From Bacillota bacterium (GTDB lineage: Bacteria > Bacillota > Halanaerobiia > Halanaerobiales > M55B127), in the NCBI GenBank assembly GCA_051745185.1, contig JBNJDV010000001.1, positions 745-64,744 on the forward strand: a stretch of 64,000 nucleotides of DNA. The letters run 5' to 3'. The notes under the pieces were generated by a model. The model did not search any database and was not told where the DNA came from. It worked only from the letters and a program-made list of their open reading frames with translations. The position numbers and the translations under genes are program-made. Shown piece by piece: positions 41,072-51,321 of this stretch (its first letter is position 1; every line of letters starts with the position of its first letter).

Positions 41072-41839
41072 TTAAGAAAAAATATCAGTTCTTTTCTTTG
41101 AAATAAACTCTTTAGTAAGTATTTCTCTAAGTTTAGACTTATCTAAATACCTTATCAGCTCTCCATCTTGGGCTAATGAAATTACACCACTTTCCTCTGA
41201 AACTACAATTGCTAGAGCATCAGATTCTTCAGTAACTCCTATTGCTGCTCTGTGTCTTGTACCGAGCTTAGGATTAATACCTGGTTTATTTGATAAATTT
41301 AATAAACAGCCTGCAGCTTTTATTGATCCTTCACCTATTATGACAGCCCCATCATGAAGCGGTGCAGATTTATAAAAAAGATTTTCTAAAAGTTCTTTGC
41401 TTATTTTTGCTTCTATCTCTGTACCGGTTTCAATATAATTTCTTAGACCAACTTTGTTTTCCAGCACAATTAATGCACCGGTCTTTTTTTCAGCTAACTC
41501 ATCGGCAGCCATTATTATTTCATTGATATCTTTTGCTGACCATTTATGAACTATTTGATTTTGTAGAAATCCACCACGGCCAACTTGCTCTAGTGCTCTT
41601 CTTAATTCAGGGTGAAATACTATCGGTAAAGCTACAATTAACATAGTAAGTACACTACGCAAAAACCAGTGAACTGTATTTAAATTGAAAAGCTGACTTA
41701 TTACCGAAGCAATAAAGATCAAAACAAGGCCTTTAATTAACTGTACAGCTCTAGTACCTTTTATTAAGTTTAATAGAAAGTATATAATAATCCCAACAAT
41801 TAAAAGATCTATAATATTAGCAATAACTGACCAAACCAA
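41072..41839 (-). CDS. cdaA: diadenylate cyclase CdaA
   Basis: 255 aa with three N-terminal TM helices and a DAC domain carrying LHDGAVII and GTRHRAAIG. Confidence 0.9.
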   Translation of the reverse strand: MVWSVIANIIDLLIVGIIIYFLLNLIKGTRAVQLIKGLVLIFIASVISQLFNLNTVHWFLRSVLTMLIVALPIVFHPELRRALEQVGRGGFLQNQIVHKWSAKDINEIIMAADELAEKKTGALIVLENKVGLRNYIETGTEIEAKISKELLENLFYKSAPLHDGAVIIGEGSIKAAGCLLNLSNKPGINPKLGTRHRAAIGVTEESDALAIVVSEESGVISLAQDGELIRYLDKSKLREILTKEFISKKRTDIFS

Positions 41840-41949
41840 CTTTTATTCACCCCTTTTAGCCATCATTATCTTTATTATATATGTTATAAAGCTAATAATA
41901 AAGAAGGATTTTACTTATTTACAAAGAAAATAAAAAGAGGTGATCAGAA

Positions 41950-42672
41950 ATGACTAATAATAAATGGATAACAAAAATTAATTATAAAGATATCATAATC
42001 ATTTACACACTTTGGTTTTCTACTATTTTATTTACTCAATACTTTAACTTTACATCTTTTATGCAAATATCTGATTTAGGCGGCTTTTTTGATATATTAT
42101 TTTTCTTTGCAGCCCGCTTGATTTTTTTAAGTTTAATGTTTTTATACTTTGTTTTCTTATATGACCTTTCTTTTGATCAACTTGGTGTTAAGTTTAAACC
42201 TTTAGTAAGATCATTTTTCAAGTTAATGATTTATATAGTAATTATACTTTTATTGGTAATCTTTTTGATTAACATACCTTTAAACACTATAAATATTACA
42301 AACTCCTTTAATCCCTTATATGAGATAAATTCTGTTCAGAGCCTTGTTCACAGTATATTACCGTTAATATTGGTATTCCCAATATTTTTTATTATTGTAT
42401 TAAGTGAACAGTTTATGTTAAATCTTTTTGTTTATGAAGTTTTTAACTTTAAATTACCTAAATTATTATCAAAAATTTTAGCAGCTCTTTTCTTTTCTTT
42501 TCTTATCTATCAACTAAATCCTGGTAAAATTATTATCTATTTCTTTTATGCTTTAATTTCAGTTTTAATATATGAGAAATCAGAAAAATCTATATTAGTT
42601 CCTGCTTTTTTAGGAGCAGCCTTTTACGGTATTTATACTTTTTATATTTACGGATGGACCTTTGTATATTAA
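41950..42672 (+). CDS. polytopic membrane protein, possibly a degenerate CPBP/Abi-like fold
   Basis: 240 aa with 6-7 predicted hydrophobic segments, and SD AAGAGGTG before ATG 41950. The C-terminal half has the spacing of CPBP motifs, but the catalytic residues are substituted (SEQFMLN for EExxxR, FSFLIY for FxxxH, no HxxxN). This is a by-eye assessment only. Confidence 0.55.
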   Translation: MTNNKWITKINYKDIIIIYTLWFSTILFTQYFNFTSFMQISDLGGFFDILFFFAARLIFLSLMFLYFVFLYDLSFDQLGVKFKPLVRSFFKLMIYIVIILLLVIFLINIPLNTINITNSFNPLYEINSVQSLVHSILPLILVFPIFFIIVLSEQFMLNLFVYEVFNFKLPKLLSKILAALFFSFLIYQLNPGKIIIYFFYALISVLIYEKSEKSILVPAFLGAAFYGIYTFYIYGWTFVY

Positions 42673-43658
42673 TAGTTTAGGATTTGTTTTCCACATTTAG
42701 GACATTTCCCATCTTTTAAGTGATTTTGGGTATTAAAATAATGTCTTGATATAACTTCATAACCACAGTCTGGGCAGTAAGTATTCTGCCCTTTTTTTGT
42801 TCTTATATTTCCTATATACACATACTTTAAATATTTCTTTGCAAGACTATAGGCTTCTTCCATTTTTTGTTCTTTTGTTGCTGGTTCATCCATTTTATAG
42901 TTTGGAAAGTATCTTGAAAGATGGACTGGCATATCCTCATTTACATCGGCTATCCATTTAAATATTTCCTCTAATTCCTGCTTAGAATCATTGTTGTTAG
43001 TCACAATTAATGTTGTAAGTTCAAGATGGATTTTATTATTTAAATATTTAATCGTCTCCAATACCGGTTCTATACTACCACCACATATTTTTTTATAAAA
43101 ATCATTGTTAAAAGATTTTAAATCAATATTGGCTGCATCTAAATATTTAGATAATTTTTTAAGTGGTTTTTGATTTATATAACCATTTGAAACCAGAACA
43201 TTCTTCAAGCCGGCATTTTTAGCCTTCTTGGCTGTTTCATATACATATTCATACCAAACCACTGGCTCAGAGTAAGTATAGGCTATACCCATCAAATTTC
43301 TCTCTTGAGCGTGTTTTATAATTTCATCAGGAATTTGTTCAGTTGTCTTAGGTTTCTCTTGGCTGATTCGATAGTTTTGACAAAAAAGACAGCTGAAATT
43401 ACATCCGTAAGTACCTAGAGATAAGATTCCATTAGAAGGATAAAAATGATAAAGCGGTTTTTTCTCTATTGGATCTACACCCATTGAGGTGATCTCACCA
43501 TAATTTTCACTATAAAGTACTCCTCCTTGATTAAACCGCACCCTGCAGATACCTGTTTTACCTTCTTTAATTTTACAGTTGTGAGGACATAACAAACATT
43601 CTACAGTTCCATCACCCTTTTTTTCATAAAACATAGCTTCTTTTAGTTTATTCTTCAT
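42669..43658 (-). CDS. amrS: AmmeMemoRadiSam system radical SAM enzyme
   Basis: 329 aa with an N-terminal Cys cluster CLLCPHNCKIKEGKTGIC, the radical SAM motif CNFSCLFCQN and a C-terminal zinc ribbon CPDCG...CPKCG. It is adjacent to an AMMECR1 gene. Confidence 0.85.
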   Translation of the reverse strand: MKNKLKEAMFYEKKGDGTVECLLCPHNCKIKEGKTGICRVRFNQGGVLYSENYGEITSMGVDPIEKKPLYHFYPSNGILSLGTYGCNFSCLFCQNYRISQEKPKTTEQIPDEIIKHAQERNLMGIAYTYSEPVVWYEYVYETAKKAKNAGLKNVLVSNGYINQKPLKKLSKYLDAANIDLKSFNNDFYKKICGGSIEPVLETIKYLNNKIHLELTTLIVTNNNDSKQELEEIFKWIADVNEDMPVHLSRYFPNYKMDEPATKEQKMEEAYSLAKKYLKYVYIGNIRTKKGQNTYCPDCGYEVISRHYFNTQNHLKDGKCPKCGKQILNY

Positions 43659-44163
43659 AACGTTCTACCTTAAATCTTTTGATTTCATATTCTTCATCAG
43701 GATATATTCCTGCTTTTTTACAGGCAATATCTAACTGTTTGTCAACAGTATCTACACCTTCTAAGTTTGGTAAAAGCAAGCCTACTCTTGAATTCCTTTT
43801 AACTATTACTCCATATTTTTTGGGGTCGAGTTTTGAAACATCTTCAATTTTTTCTTTCGGCCCTAATATATCGACCGAAATGTCAATATCTGATAACTCA
43901 TCTTCGGTTATTGGATTAAATCTGGGATCTCTTGTCGATGCACTAACAGCATTTTCAATAATTTCTTGACCTAAATTGTCTCTAGTTGGTTCAATTGTAC
44001 CTATACAACCTCTTAACTGTCCATCTTTTTTTATAGATACAAAAGTACCTGCTTTTTTATCAAATCCCTCTTTGTTTTGAGGGGGTTTTACTCTTTTATT
44101 TTCCTTAATGTATTTTTCAATAGTTTCCCTGGCCAAACTTACATATCCATATTTATCATTCAT
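43648..44163 (-). CDS. amrA: AMMECR1-domain protein (AmmeMemoRadiSam system protein A)
   Basis: 171 aa with GTFVSIKKDGQLRGCIGT and ASTRDPRFNP, the AMMECR1 signature. Confidence 0.85.
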   Translation of the reverse strand: MNDKYGYVSLARETIEKYIKENKRVKPPQNKEGFDKKAGTFVSIKKDGQLRGCIGTIEPTRDNLGQEIIENAVSASTRDPRFNPITEDELSDIDISVDILGPKEKIEDVSKLDPKKYGVIVKRNSRVGLLLPNLEGVDTVDKQLDIACKKAGIYPDEEYEIKRFKVERYEE

Positions 44164-44983
44164 TAGAAATACCTCCTGAGATAACTTTGAAGCTTGCTAC
44201 TGCATAGCCGACACCAAAAGGACCTTCATAGGATTTTAGGTCGGTTTCAATTTCATAATCAGAAAGTATACCAGATAAAATTACCATTGGGCGATGTCCA
44301 CATTCTCCTGCCCGATGAATCAATCCGTTATCCATATCCTTAATTAAATCCAGTTCATTATTTTTAATATGGTTAACTAAAGTTTCATCATAATTTACTG
44401 CATTTGCATCATATCCGGCCGGTGCTCCTGGTTTCAATCGATGTGAGAGATCTCCACTTGCAATAACCACAGTTTTCAAATTTTCCTCTTTTATTGTTTC
44501 ATTGATTACCCTGCCGAAATCATAAAGTTTATGGTAGTCCCAAAAAGCAATATTAATAGGTACTATAGGGATATCTTTTAATCCTGCTTCTTTAAGATAA
44601 TATAGTGGTACTAAAACACCGTGATCTAATATTGTACCTTCCCTGTCATTTAAGCTTATAGTATGAAGGCCTTCACTTAAAGCGTTCTTTTTTAAAAGAT
44701 CAACAAAACGAGTATCAACTTCCATCTCAAAAGCAATATTCTTAAATCCAAACTCTCTAAAATTACCCCTTGTTTTTTCCTCATCAATAATTGATATAGA
44801 TTCTTTCATAACCAGTCCATGTGGACTTATTGTAATTAATAGTTCGGGATCACTTTCAACTACCTCATTAGCCAATTCTTTTAAGCTGTTTATTGTATCA
44901 GATACTTCCTTGATATTATCCCTTCCAATATCAGGAATAGCTAATGGGGGATGGGGACTGAAACCTGCCATTAAAAGACTCAC
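44156..44983 (-). CDS. Memo/LigB-fold (class III extradiol dioxygenase-like) protein, third member of the AMMECR1 cluster
   Basis: 275 aa with SPHPPLAIP, ISPHG, LDHGVLVPL, ASGDLSHRL and AGECGHRP, which are LigB/Memo-type metal-site patterns. It overlaps the AMMECR1 gene by 8 nt. Confidence 0.7.
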   Translation of the reverse strand: MSLLMAGFSPHPPLAIPDIGRDNIKEVSDTINSLKELANEVVESDPELLITISPHGLVMKESISIIDEEKTRGNFREFGFKNIAFEMEVDTRFVDLLKKNALSEGLHTISLNDREGTILDHGVLVPLYYLKEAGLKDIPIVPINIAFWDYHKLYDFGRVINETIKEENLKTVVIASGDLSHRLKPGAPAGYDANAVNYDETLVNHIKNNELDLIKDMDNGLIHRAGECGHRPMVILSGILSDYEIETDLKSYEGPFGVGYAVASFKVISGGISNE

Positions 44984-45058
44984 TGTAATCCCTCCTGTTT
45001 AATTTATTTATATATAAATTTCAATAAATAAAATAATAATCCTTTTTTATATAGAAAT

Positions 45059-45083
45059 AAAAAAAAGAGAGGTAAAACCTCCC
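45059..45083 (-). terminator. rho-independent terminator after rpsI
   Basis: Minus-strand RNA reads GGGAGGU-UUU-ACCUCUC followed by U8. One pair is G-U only on the minus transcript. Confidence 0.6.
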
Positions 45084-45115
45084 TTTTACTAGTATATAGA
45101 TATTGTATTGTAAGA

Positions 45116-45511
45116 TTATCTTTTTGAGAACTGTGGAGATTTACGAGCTTTTTTGTGTCCGTATTTTCTTCTTTCTTTCATTCTTGGATCTCTAGTTAGA
45201 TAACCAGCATCTTTAAGAGGTTTTCTGTAATCAGCATCAACTTCTAATAAAGCACGGGCGATTCCTAATCTAACCGCTCCAGCTTGTCCTGAAAGCCCAC
45301 CTCCATTAACATTTACTAAAACATCTAAATTATCAGTTGTATTGGTAACCTCTAATGGAGAGGTTAAATCCTGTATTAGAGACTTACGGTTAAAGTATTC
45401 TTCAACATTAGTATCATTAATAACTATCTTTCCGTTCCCAGGAACTAGTCTAACTCTTGCAACAGCAGTTTTACGTCTGCCTGTTCCCCAATATTGTACT
45501 TCTGCAGCCAT
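45116..45511 (-). CDS. rpsI: 30S ribosomal protein S9
   Basis: 131 aa with [12 protein letters not shown] and the C-terminus [11 protein letters not shown]. Confidence 0.97.
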   Translation of the reverse strand: MAAEVQYWGTGRRKTAVARVRLVPGNGKIVINDTNVEEYFNRKSLIQDLTSPLEVTNTTDNLDVLVNVNGGGLSGQAGAVRLGIARALLEVDADYRKPLKDAGYLTRDPRMKERRKYGHKKARKSPQFSKR

Positions 45512-45536
45512 ATTTATTCCTCCTTTCCAGAATAAA

Positions 45537-45965
45537 TTATACTTCTAATTCTTCCGGTTTTTGTGCTTGGTGCGGATGATCCGGACCAGCATATATTTTA
45601 AGCTTTTTCATCATTTTTTTACCTAATTTATTGTTTGGTACCATACCATCTACAGCGTGTCTAATGATCTCTTGAGGATTTTTATCTCTTAATTCACCAT
45701 AAGTTTTAGTCTTTAATCCACCTGGATACTGACTATGCTTGTAATGAATTTTTTGATCCCACTTATTTCCAGTTAATTTTACTTTCTCTGAGTTTACAAC
45801 TATTACAAAATCACCTGTATCAACATGTGGTGTATATTCAGGTTTATGTTTTCCTCTCAATACAGTAGCTATTCTGGAGGCTATTCTACCTAAAGTTTTA
45901 TCTTCAGCATCAACGACATACCATTTTTTATCCACTTCATCAGGTTTTGCCATATATGTTGTCAT
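45537..45965 (-). CDS. rplM: 50S ribosomal protein L13
   Basis: 142 aa with [17 protein letters not shown] and the conserved rplM-rpsI pairing. Confidence 0.97.
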   Translation of the reverse strand: MTTYMAKPDEVDKKWYVVDAEDKTLGRIASRIATVLRGKHKPEYTPHVDTGDFVIVVNSEKVKLTGNKWDQKIHYKHSQYPGGLKTKTYGELRDKNPQEIIRHAVDGMVPNNKLGKKMMKKLKIYAGPDHPHQAQKPEELEV

Positions 45966-46030
45966 CTTTATCCCCCCTTATTATCTATAAATTAATATTT
46001 ATATTAAATTCATAAAATTTATTCACATTA

Positions 46031-46059
46031 ATTCTATTACAATTTAAATTTATTGTCAA
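46031..46059 (-). promoter_or_regulatory. sigma-A promoter of rplM-rpsI
   Basis: On the minus strand, TTGACA (46054-46059), a 17-nt spacer, then TAGAAT (46031-46036), about 65 nt upstream of the rplM ATG. Confidence 0.55.
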
Positions 46060-46063
46060 GAAT

Positions 46064-46801
46064 CTAATAATAGACTTTCATTAAGGTTAAACCTTTTGCA
46101 GGAGCTGTAAAACCGGCTCTGCACCTATCTCTAGATTCTAAGATCTCTGTTAAACTTTCCAACTCCATTTTCCCCTGACCAATTTCGATAAAGGTACCCA
46201 TTATTATACGCACCATATTGTATAAAAAACCACTACCTTTAATATCAAAACGATATTCATCATTTACTTTATATATCTTTATTTCCTTTAAAGTTCTTAC
46301 CGTTTCAAAAATATCACTACCACTATTTTGAAAAGATGCAAAATCATGAGTACCAACCAGTAACGGGGCTGCCTTTTTTATTTTCTCAAAATCTAACTTG
46401 TCCCTAATATTATATACATAATTGCGTGTAAAAACAGATGGAAACTTATTATTGCTTAATCTATAGCGGTAAAACTTTCCCTGAGCGTCATAACGGGCAT
46501 GAAACTCAGAATCAACTATTTTTGCATCCTTACAGATGATATCTCTAGGTAAAAGACTATTTAAAGCAAATGGCATTCTTGGTTCAGGAATATCTACATC
46601 TAGTTCAAAATGAACTATCTGCTCTTTTGCATGTACACCAGCATCAGTTCTTCCTGCAGATATCGCCAGCACATAACTTTTATTAATTTTGGTTAATTTT
46701 TCTTCTAAAATTTGTTGAATAGTTAAATTTGTATTTTTTTGCCTCTGCCAGCCGCTGTACTTTGTGCCGTCATAGGCTAAAGTTATTTTATAAATACTCA
46801 T
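46064..46801 (-). CDS. truA: tRNA pseudouridine(38-40) synthase TruA
   Basis: 245 aa with YDGTKYSGWQRQ and the catalytic GRTDAGVHA. Confidence 0.95.
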   Translation of the reverse strand: MSIYKITLAYDGTKYSGWQRQKNTNLTIQQILEEKLTKINKSYVLAISAGRTDAGVHAKEQIVHFELDVDIPEPRMPFALNSLLPRDIICKDAKIVDSEFHARYDAQGKFYRYRLSNNKFPSVFTRNYVYNIRDKLDFEKIKKAAPLLVGTHDFASFQNSGSDIFETVRTLKEIKIYKVNDEYRFDIKGSGFLYNMVRIIMGTFIEIGQGKMELESLTEILESRDRCRAGFTAPAKGLTLMKVYY

Positions 46802-46812
46802 TATTTAATCTC

Positions 46813-47604
46813 CTAAAAAAAACTTACTAAAACAGCTAATGCTATAGAAAGTATTAAAGATATAATATCTCTATTTTTTACTTTCATGATGTGTAATCTT
46901 GTGCGTTTTTTGCCACCCTGGTAACATCTTGATTCCATTGCCAAAGCTAATTCATCAGCTCTTCTGAAAGCACTAATAAAAAGTGGTACTAACAAAGGTA
47001 TAAGGTTTTTAGCTCTTTGAATTAAATTACCGCTTTCAAAGTCTGCACCCCTTGCCTTTTGTGCCTTCATAATTTTTTCTGCTTCTTCCATTAGTGTTGG
47101 TATAAATCTAAGTGCAATTGTCATCATCATAGAAATTTCACTTGCTGGTACACCAATTTTTTTAAGTGGTTTTAAAATATATTCAATACCATCAGTTAAC
47201 TGTAGTGGTGAAGTAGTTAATGTTAATAGAGAAGTAAACATAATTAATAAAAGTATTCTACTGGCCATAAATGTACCAGTATATAATCCTTCACTTTCTA
47301 TTCTAATGAACTTCCAGTGAAAAAGTACTTCTCCTCCACGTGTCATAAATATATGAAGTATAACTGTAAGCATAACTAAAAATAATATCGGTTTTAGACC
47401 ATTTAAAACCTTTTTTAATGGAAGTTTTGACAACCAAATAATTGAAATATTAAATAATAGAAATATCGCAAATCCCCAGAAATTTGCTATCAAGAATAAA
47501 CTAGTAATTAAAATTATAGTATTTATTATTTTAACTCTTGGATCTAAAATATGTACAATAGAATCACCATGTACATATTGGCCTATTGTGATATCAGTTA
47601 ACAT
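46813..47604 (-). CDS. ecfT: ECF transporter transmembrane component EcfT
   Basis: 263-aa membrane protein with the ARG motif (KARGADF). It follows the two ecfA genes. Confidence 0.9.
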   Translation of the reverse strand: MLTDITIGQYVHGDSIVHILDPRVKIINTIILITSLFLIANFWGFAIFLLFNISIIWLSKLPLKKVLNGLKPILFLVMLTVILHIFMTRGGEVLFHWKFIRIESEGLYTGTFMASRILLLIMFTSLLTLTTSPLQLTDGIEYILKPLKKIGVPASEISMMMTIALRFIPTLMEEAEKIMKAQKARGADFESGNLIQRAKNLIPLLVPLFISAFRRADELALAMESRCYQGGKKRTRLHIMKVKNRDIISLILSIALAVLVSFF

Positions 47605-48454
47605 CTTTTTGGCTCCCTATTACCTTAATTATTTCTTCAACTGCTTCTTCTGCTGTAAATATATCTGTTCTAATATCACAACCTCTTTCTTTTAATCGAA
47701 AGAGTATTTCTGTAATTTCTGGTAATTCCAAAGATAAACTTTCCAGTTTTTCTTTATGGCTAAATACTTCTCTAGGTGAACCATTTAGCACAATTTTACC
47801 ATGATCCATTACAATCACTCTACTTGAAAGTTGGGTTATCTCTTCCATTCGATGTGATATTAATATAATGGTTATGTTGTAAGATTCATGTAATCTTTTT
47901 AATAGGACCTTTAACTTTTCTCTTCCCTGCGGATCCAAACCAGCTGAAGGTTCATCTAGAATCAAAACTCTAGGCCGCATTGCTAATACACCAGCTATTG
48001 CAACCCTCCGCTGTTGGCCGCCAGAAAGATTAAAAGGAGACCTATCTTTAAACTCTTCAAAATTTAATCCAACTAAATCTAAAGCAACTTTTACCCTTTT
48101 ATCTACTTCTTCTTTATCTAATTTTAGATTTCTAGGACCAAAAGCTACATCATCATAAATAGTTTCTTCAAATAGTTGATGTTCAGGGTATTGAAAGACC
48201 AAACCAACGGTTTGTCTTACATGCTTTAAGTTAGCTTTTTTTTCTGTTGTTTTGATACCATCTACATAAATTTCACCAGAAGTAGGTTTAATCAAACTAT
48301 TAAACATCTGAACCAGAGTAGTTTTGCCTGATCCAGTATGTCCTACTATTCCAATAAATTCATGTTCATCTATCTCAAGATTTACATTATCAAGTGCTCT
48401 TATACTTTGTTCCTGGTCATATATATGGGTTACGTTTTTTAATTCGATTAACAT
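47594..48454 (-). CDS. ecfA2: ECF transporter ATPase EcfA2
   Basis: ABC ATPase with GHTGSGKT, LSGGQQRR and LILDEP. It is the second of a tandem pair. Confidence 0.9.
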   Translation of the reverse strand: MLIELKNVTHIYDQEQSIRALDNVNLEIDEHEFIGIVGHTGSGKTTLVQMFNSLIKPTSGEIYVDGIKTTEKKANLKHVRQTVGLVFQYPEHQLFEETIYDDVAFGPRNLKLDKEEVDKRVKVALDLVGLNFEEFKDRSPFNLSGGQQRRVAIAGVLAMRPRVLILDEPSAGLDPQGREKLKVLLKRLHESYNITIILISHRMEEITQLSSRVIVMDHGKIVLNGSPREVFSHKEKLESLSLELPEITEILFRLKERGCDIRTDIFTAEEAVEEIIKVIGSQKDVN

Positions 48455-49263
48455 AATGCATCCACCAACCCATCAATAGTTAGAATATCGGGAATATTAA
48501 TACCCTTTTTTCTCAAACCATTTGCTAATTCCATAACTACAGGAACATCTAGATTTATACTTCGTAAGTAATCTATCTCTTCAAATACTTTAGCAGGTGT
48601 TCCCTGAGACTGTATTTCTCCCCTGTTCATGACATATACCTTATCTGATATAGAAGCCTCTTCCATAAAATGTGTAATTAAAATAATTGTTATATTTTTT
48701 TCTTTATTTAAAAAATTAATGGTTTCAATTACTTCTTTTCTTCCCTGTGGATCTAACATAGCTGTGGGCTCATCTAAAACAATACAGCTTGGTTCCATTG
48801 CAATGATACCAGCAATGGCCAGTCTCTGTTTTTGTCCACCAGATAACTTATGAGTTTCATGGGTTTTATATTCAGTTAAATCAACTAATTCTAGCGCATG
48901 GTCAACTCTTCCTCTAATTTCTTTAGATGGAACTGCTATATTTTCCAGCCCAAAAGCAACATCATCTTCAACCATCGTTGCTACAATTTGGTTATCTGGG
49001 TTTTGAAAAACCATACCAACATTTTTTCTGATATCCCAGATTTTATCTTTATTTTTTGTATTAATGTCTTCTACAATAATATCACCTTTATTGGGTCTTA
49101 GCAGTACATTAAGAAGTTTAGCTAAAGTTGATTTGCCTGATCCGTTAGCTCCAATAATCGAAACAAAATCGCCTTTATTAACTTCAAAACTAATATCTTT
49201 TAAAGCTAGTTCGTTTTGACCATGGTATTTAAATTCTACATCTTTTACTTTAATTAAACTCAT
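48448..49263 (-). CDS. ecfA1: ECF transporter ATPase EcfA1
   Basis: ABC ATPase with GANGSGKST, LSGGQKQR and IVLDEP. It is the first of a tandem pair, downstream of rplQ. Confidence 0.9.
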   Translation of the reverse strand: MSLIKVKDVEFKYHGQNELALKDISFEVNKGDFVSIIGANGSGKSTLAKLLNVLLRPNKGDIIVEDINTKNKDKIWDIRKNVGMVFQNPDNQIVATMVEDDVAFGLENIAVPSKEIRGRVDHALELVDLTEYKTHETHKLSGGQKQRLAIAGIIAMEPSCIVLDEPTAMLDPQGRKEVIETINFLNKEKNITIILITHFMEEASISDKVYVMNRGEIQSQGTPAKVFEEIDYLRSINLDVPVVMELANGLRKKGINIPDILTIDGLVDALC

Positions 49264-49295
49264 AAATTACACCCACTAATTTTATTTATCAATTA

Positions 49296-49643
49296 TTACT
49301 CTTCTTCAACCAGCTTTATTAAAGCCATTTCAGAAGCATCTCCACGTCTGGGATAAAGCTTTATAATTCTTGTATAGCCACCTGGTCTATCATTATAGCG
49401 AGGTGCTATAACATCAAAAAGCTTTTCAACAGTATCCTTATCATTTAATACACCCATAGCCTGTCTTCTTGCGTTCAAATCATTCTTTTTTGCTTTAGTA
49501 ATTAATTTTTCCGCAATTGGTCTTAATTCTTTGGCTTTAGGTAAGGTAGTTTTAATCTGTTCATTTTTATATAAACTAATTAATTGATTTTTAAAGATAG
49601 CTTTACGGTGTGAACCTTTCTTACCTAACTTACGCTTTCCCAT
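49296..49643 (-). CDS. rplQ: 50S ribosomal protein L17
   Basis: 115 aa with the L17 pattern (RPGGYTRI). It follows rpoA. Confidence 0.96.
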   Translation of the reverse strand: MGKRKLGKKGSHRKAIFKNQLISLYKNEQIKTTLPKAKELRPIAEKLITKAKKNDLNARRQAMGVLNDKDTVEKLFDVIAPRYNDRPGGYTRIIKLYPRRGDASEMALIKLVEEE

Positions 49644-49658
49644 TTAAATCACCCTCCT

Positions 49659-50603
49659 TTAAACCTCTGGTTCTTGTAAACTGAGATCTAATTCATCTAA
49701 TTTATCTTTAATTTCTTGTAATGATTTCTTTCCTAAGTTTCTAACATTCATTAATTCATCTTCAGTTTTATCTGTAAGTTCACCTACATCATTAATTCCA
49801 GCACGTTTTAAACAGTTTGATGAGCGAACAGAAAGTTCTAACTCTTCAATAGTTGTCTCTAATACCTTATTTTGCTCTTCTTCTTCTTGTTCAACCATGA
49901 TTTCAACATCTTCGATCTCATCAGTTAAATTCTTAAAGAGTTCAAGATGTTCGATCATTATTTTAGCAGCTAAACTAATTGCATCATCAGGTGTAATACT
50001 ACCATTAGTTTGAACCTCAATAACTAATCTATCATAATCAGTAACCTGTCCTACTCTTGTGTTTTCAACTCTAAAATTAGCTCTATCAATAGGACTATAT
50101 GAAGAATCTATAGGTATTAAGCCTATTATTTTATCAAAATGTTCTTTATTTTCTTCAGCCACTGCATAACCTCTACCGCTTTCTACAGTTACTTCCATCA
50201 TTATTTTACCACCCTCAGCAAGGGTTGCAATATGATGGTCGGTGTTTATTACTTCTACTTCACCTGAAGTTCTAAAATCACCAGCAGTAACTTCTCCTTT
50301 TCCCTCAACATTTAAATTCATTGTCTGCATTTCTTCACCTTTATAGCGCAAAACAACTTCCTTTAAATTTAATATTATCTCAGTAACATCCTCTTTAACA
50401 CCTTCAATTGAAGAAAACTCATGTCTTACTCCTTCAATTTTTACAGATGTAATAGCTGCACCGGGTAAAGAAGAAAGTAGTATCCTGCGTAGAGAGTTGC
50501 CTAGGGTTGTTCCGTAACCTCTCTCTAATGGAGAGATTTCAAATTCACCGTATTTATCTGAACTTTTTAGCCTCTCTATTTGAGGTTTTTCTATTTCTAT
50601 CAT
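49659..50603 (-). CDS. rpoA: DNA-directed RNA polymerase subunit alpha
   Basis: 314 aa with [16 protein letters not shown] and a C-terminal domain containing [12 protein letters not shown]. Confidence 0.97.
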   Translation of the reverse strand: MIEIEKPQIERLKSSDKYGEFEISPLERGYGTTLGNSLRRILLSSLPGAAITSVKIEGVRHEFSSIEGVKEDVTEIILNLKEVVLRYKGEEMQTMNLNVEGKGEVTAGDFRTSGEVEVINTDHHIATLAEGGKIMMEVTVESGRGYAVAEENKEHFDKIIGLIPIDSSYSPIDRANFRVENTRVGQVTDYDRLVIEVQTNGSITPDDAISLAAKIMIEHLELFKNLTDEIEDVEIMVEQEEEEQNKVLETTIEELELSVRSSNCLKRAGINDVGELTDKTEDELMNVRNLGKKSLQEIKDKLDELDLSLQEPEV

Positions 50604-50653
50604 TAAATTTAAAACCTCCTTCTTTCTTGTCTATAACATTTCTGAGGACTATA

Positions 50654-51286
50654 TTATCTTGAATAGTACTCAACAATTAAGTGTTCTTCAACAGGATATT
50701 CAATATCTTCTCTAGTAGGCATAGATACTACTGTACCTTCCCCTTTTTCTAGATCAACAGTAACCCATTCTGGTGGGGTTAAGTTAGAATTTATATCAAA
50801 TATTTCCTGGAATGTATCTTTCTTTCTGCTAGCTTCCTTAACAACTATTTGGTCATTCTCAGAAATTTTATAAGATGGAATGTTTACTCTTTTTCCATTA
50901 ACTTCAATGTGACCATGTAGAACAAATTGTCTTGCTTCATTTCTGGAACGAGAAAAACCCATTCTATAAACAACATTATCCAGTCTTCTTTCTAATAATT
51001 GTAAGAATACTTCACCTGTAATACCATTGTCATTTTCTGCTTCTTTAAAGTATCTTAAGAATTTGTTTTCTTGTAAACCATATATTCTTCTAACTTTTTG
51101 TTTTTCTCTTAACTGTAATCCATATTCTGATACCTTTCTTCTCCTTCTACCTTGACCTTGTTCACCTGGAGAAGATGGTTTTCTCTCATATGCACACTTA
51201 TCACTATAGCAGCGTGCTCCTTTTAGATATAATTTTTCACCTTCAGTACGGCATAATTTACATACTGAACCTGTATATCTTGACAT
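50654..51286 (-). CDS. rpsD: 30S ribosomal protein S4 (Cys4 zinc-ribbon form)
   Basis: Starts MSRYTGSVCKLCRTEG...CYSDKC and contains LDNVVYRMGF. I set the start to ATG 51286 (SD GGAGGTG), removing a 22-codon track extension that overlaps rpsK. Confidence 0.95.
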   Translation of the reverse strand: MSRYTGSVCKLCRTEGEKLYLKGARCYSDKCAYERKPSSPGEQGQGRRRRKVSEYGLQLREKQKVRRIYGLQENKFLRYFKEAENDNGITGEVFLQLLERRLDNVVYRMGFSRSRNEARQFVLHGHIEVNGKRVNIPSYKISENDQIVVKEASRKKDTFQEIFDINSNLTPPEWVTVDLEKGEGTVVSMPTREDIEYPVEEHLIVEYYSR

Positions 51287-51321
51287 TGTTACACCTCCAA
51301 GTTCTTGTTTGTTTATTATTT

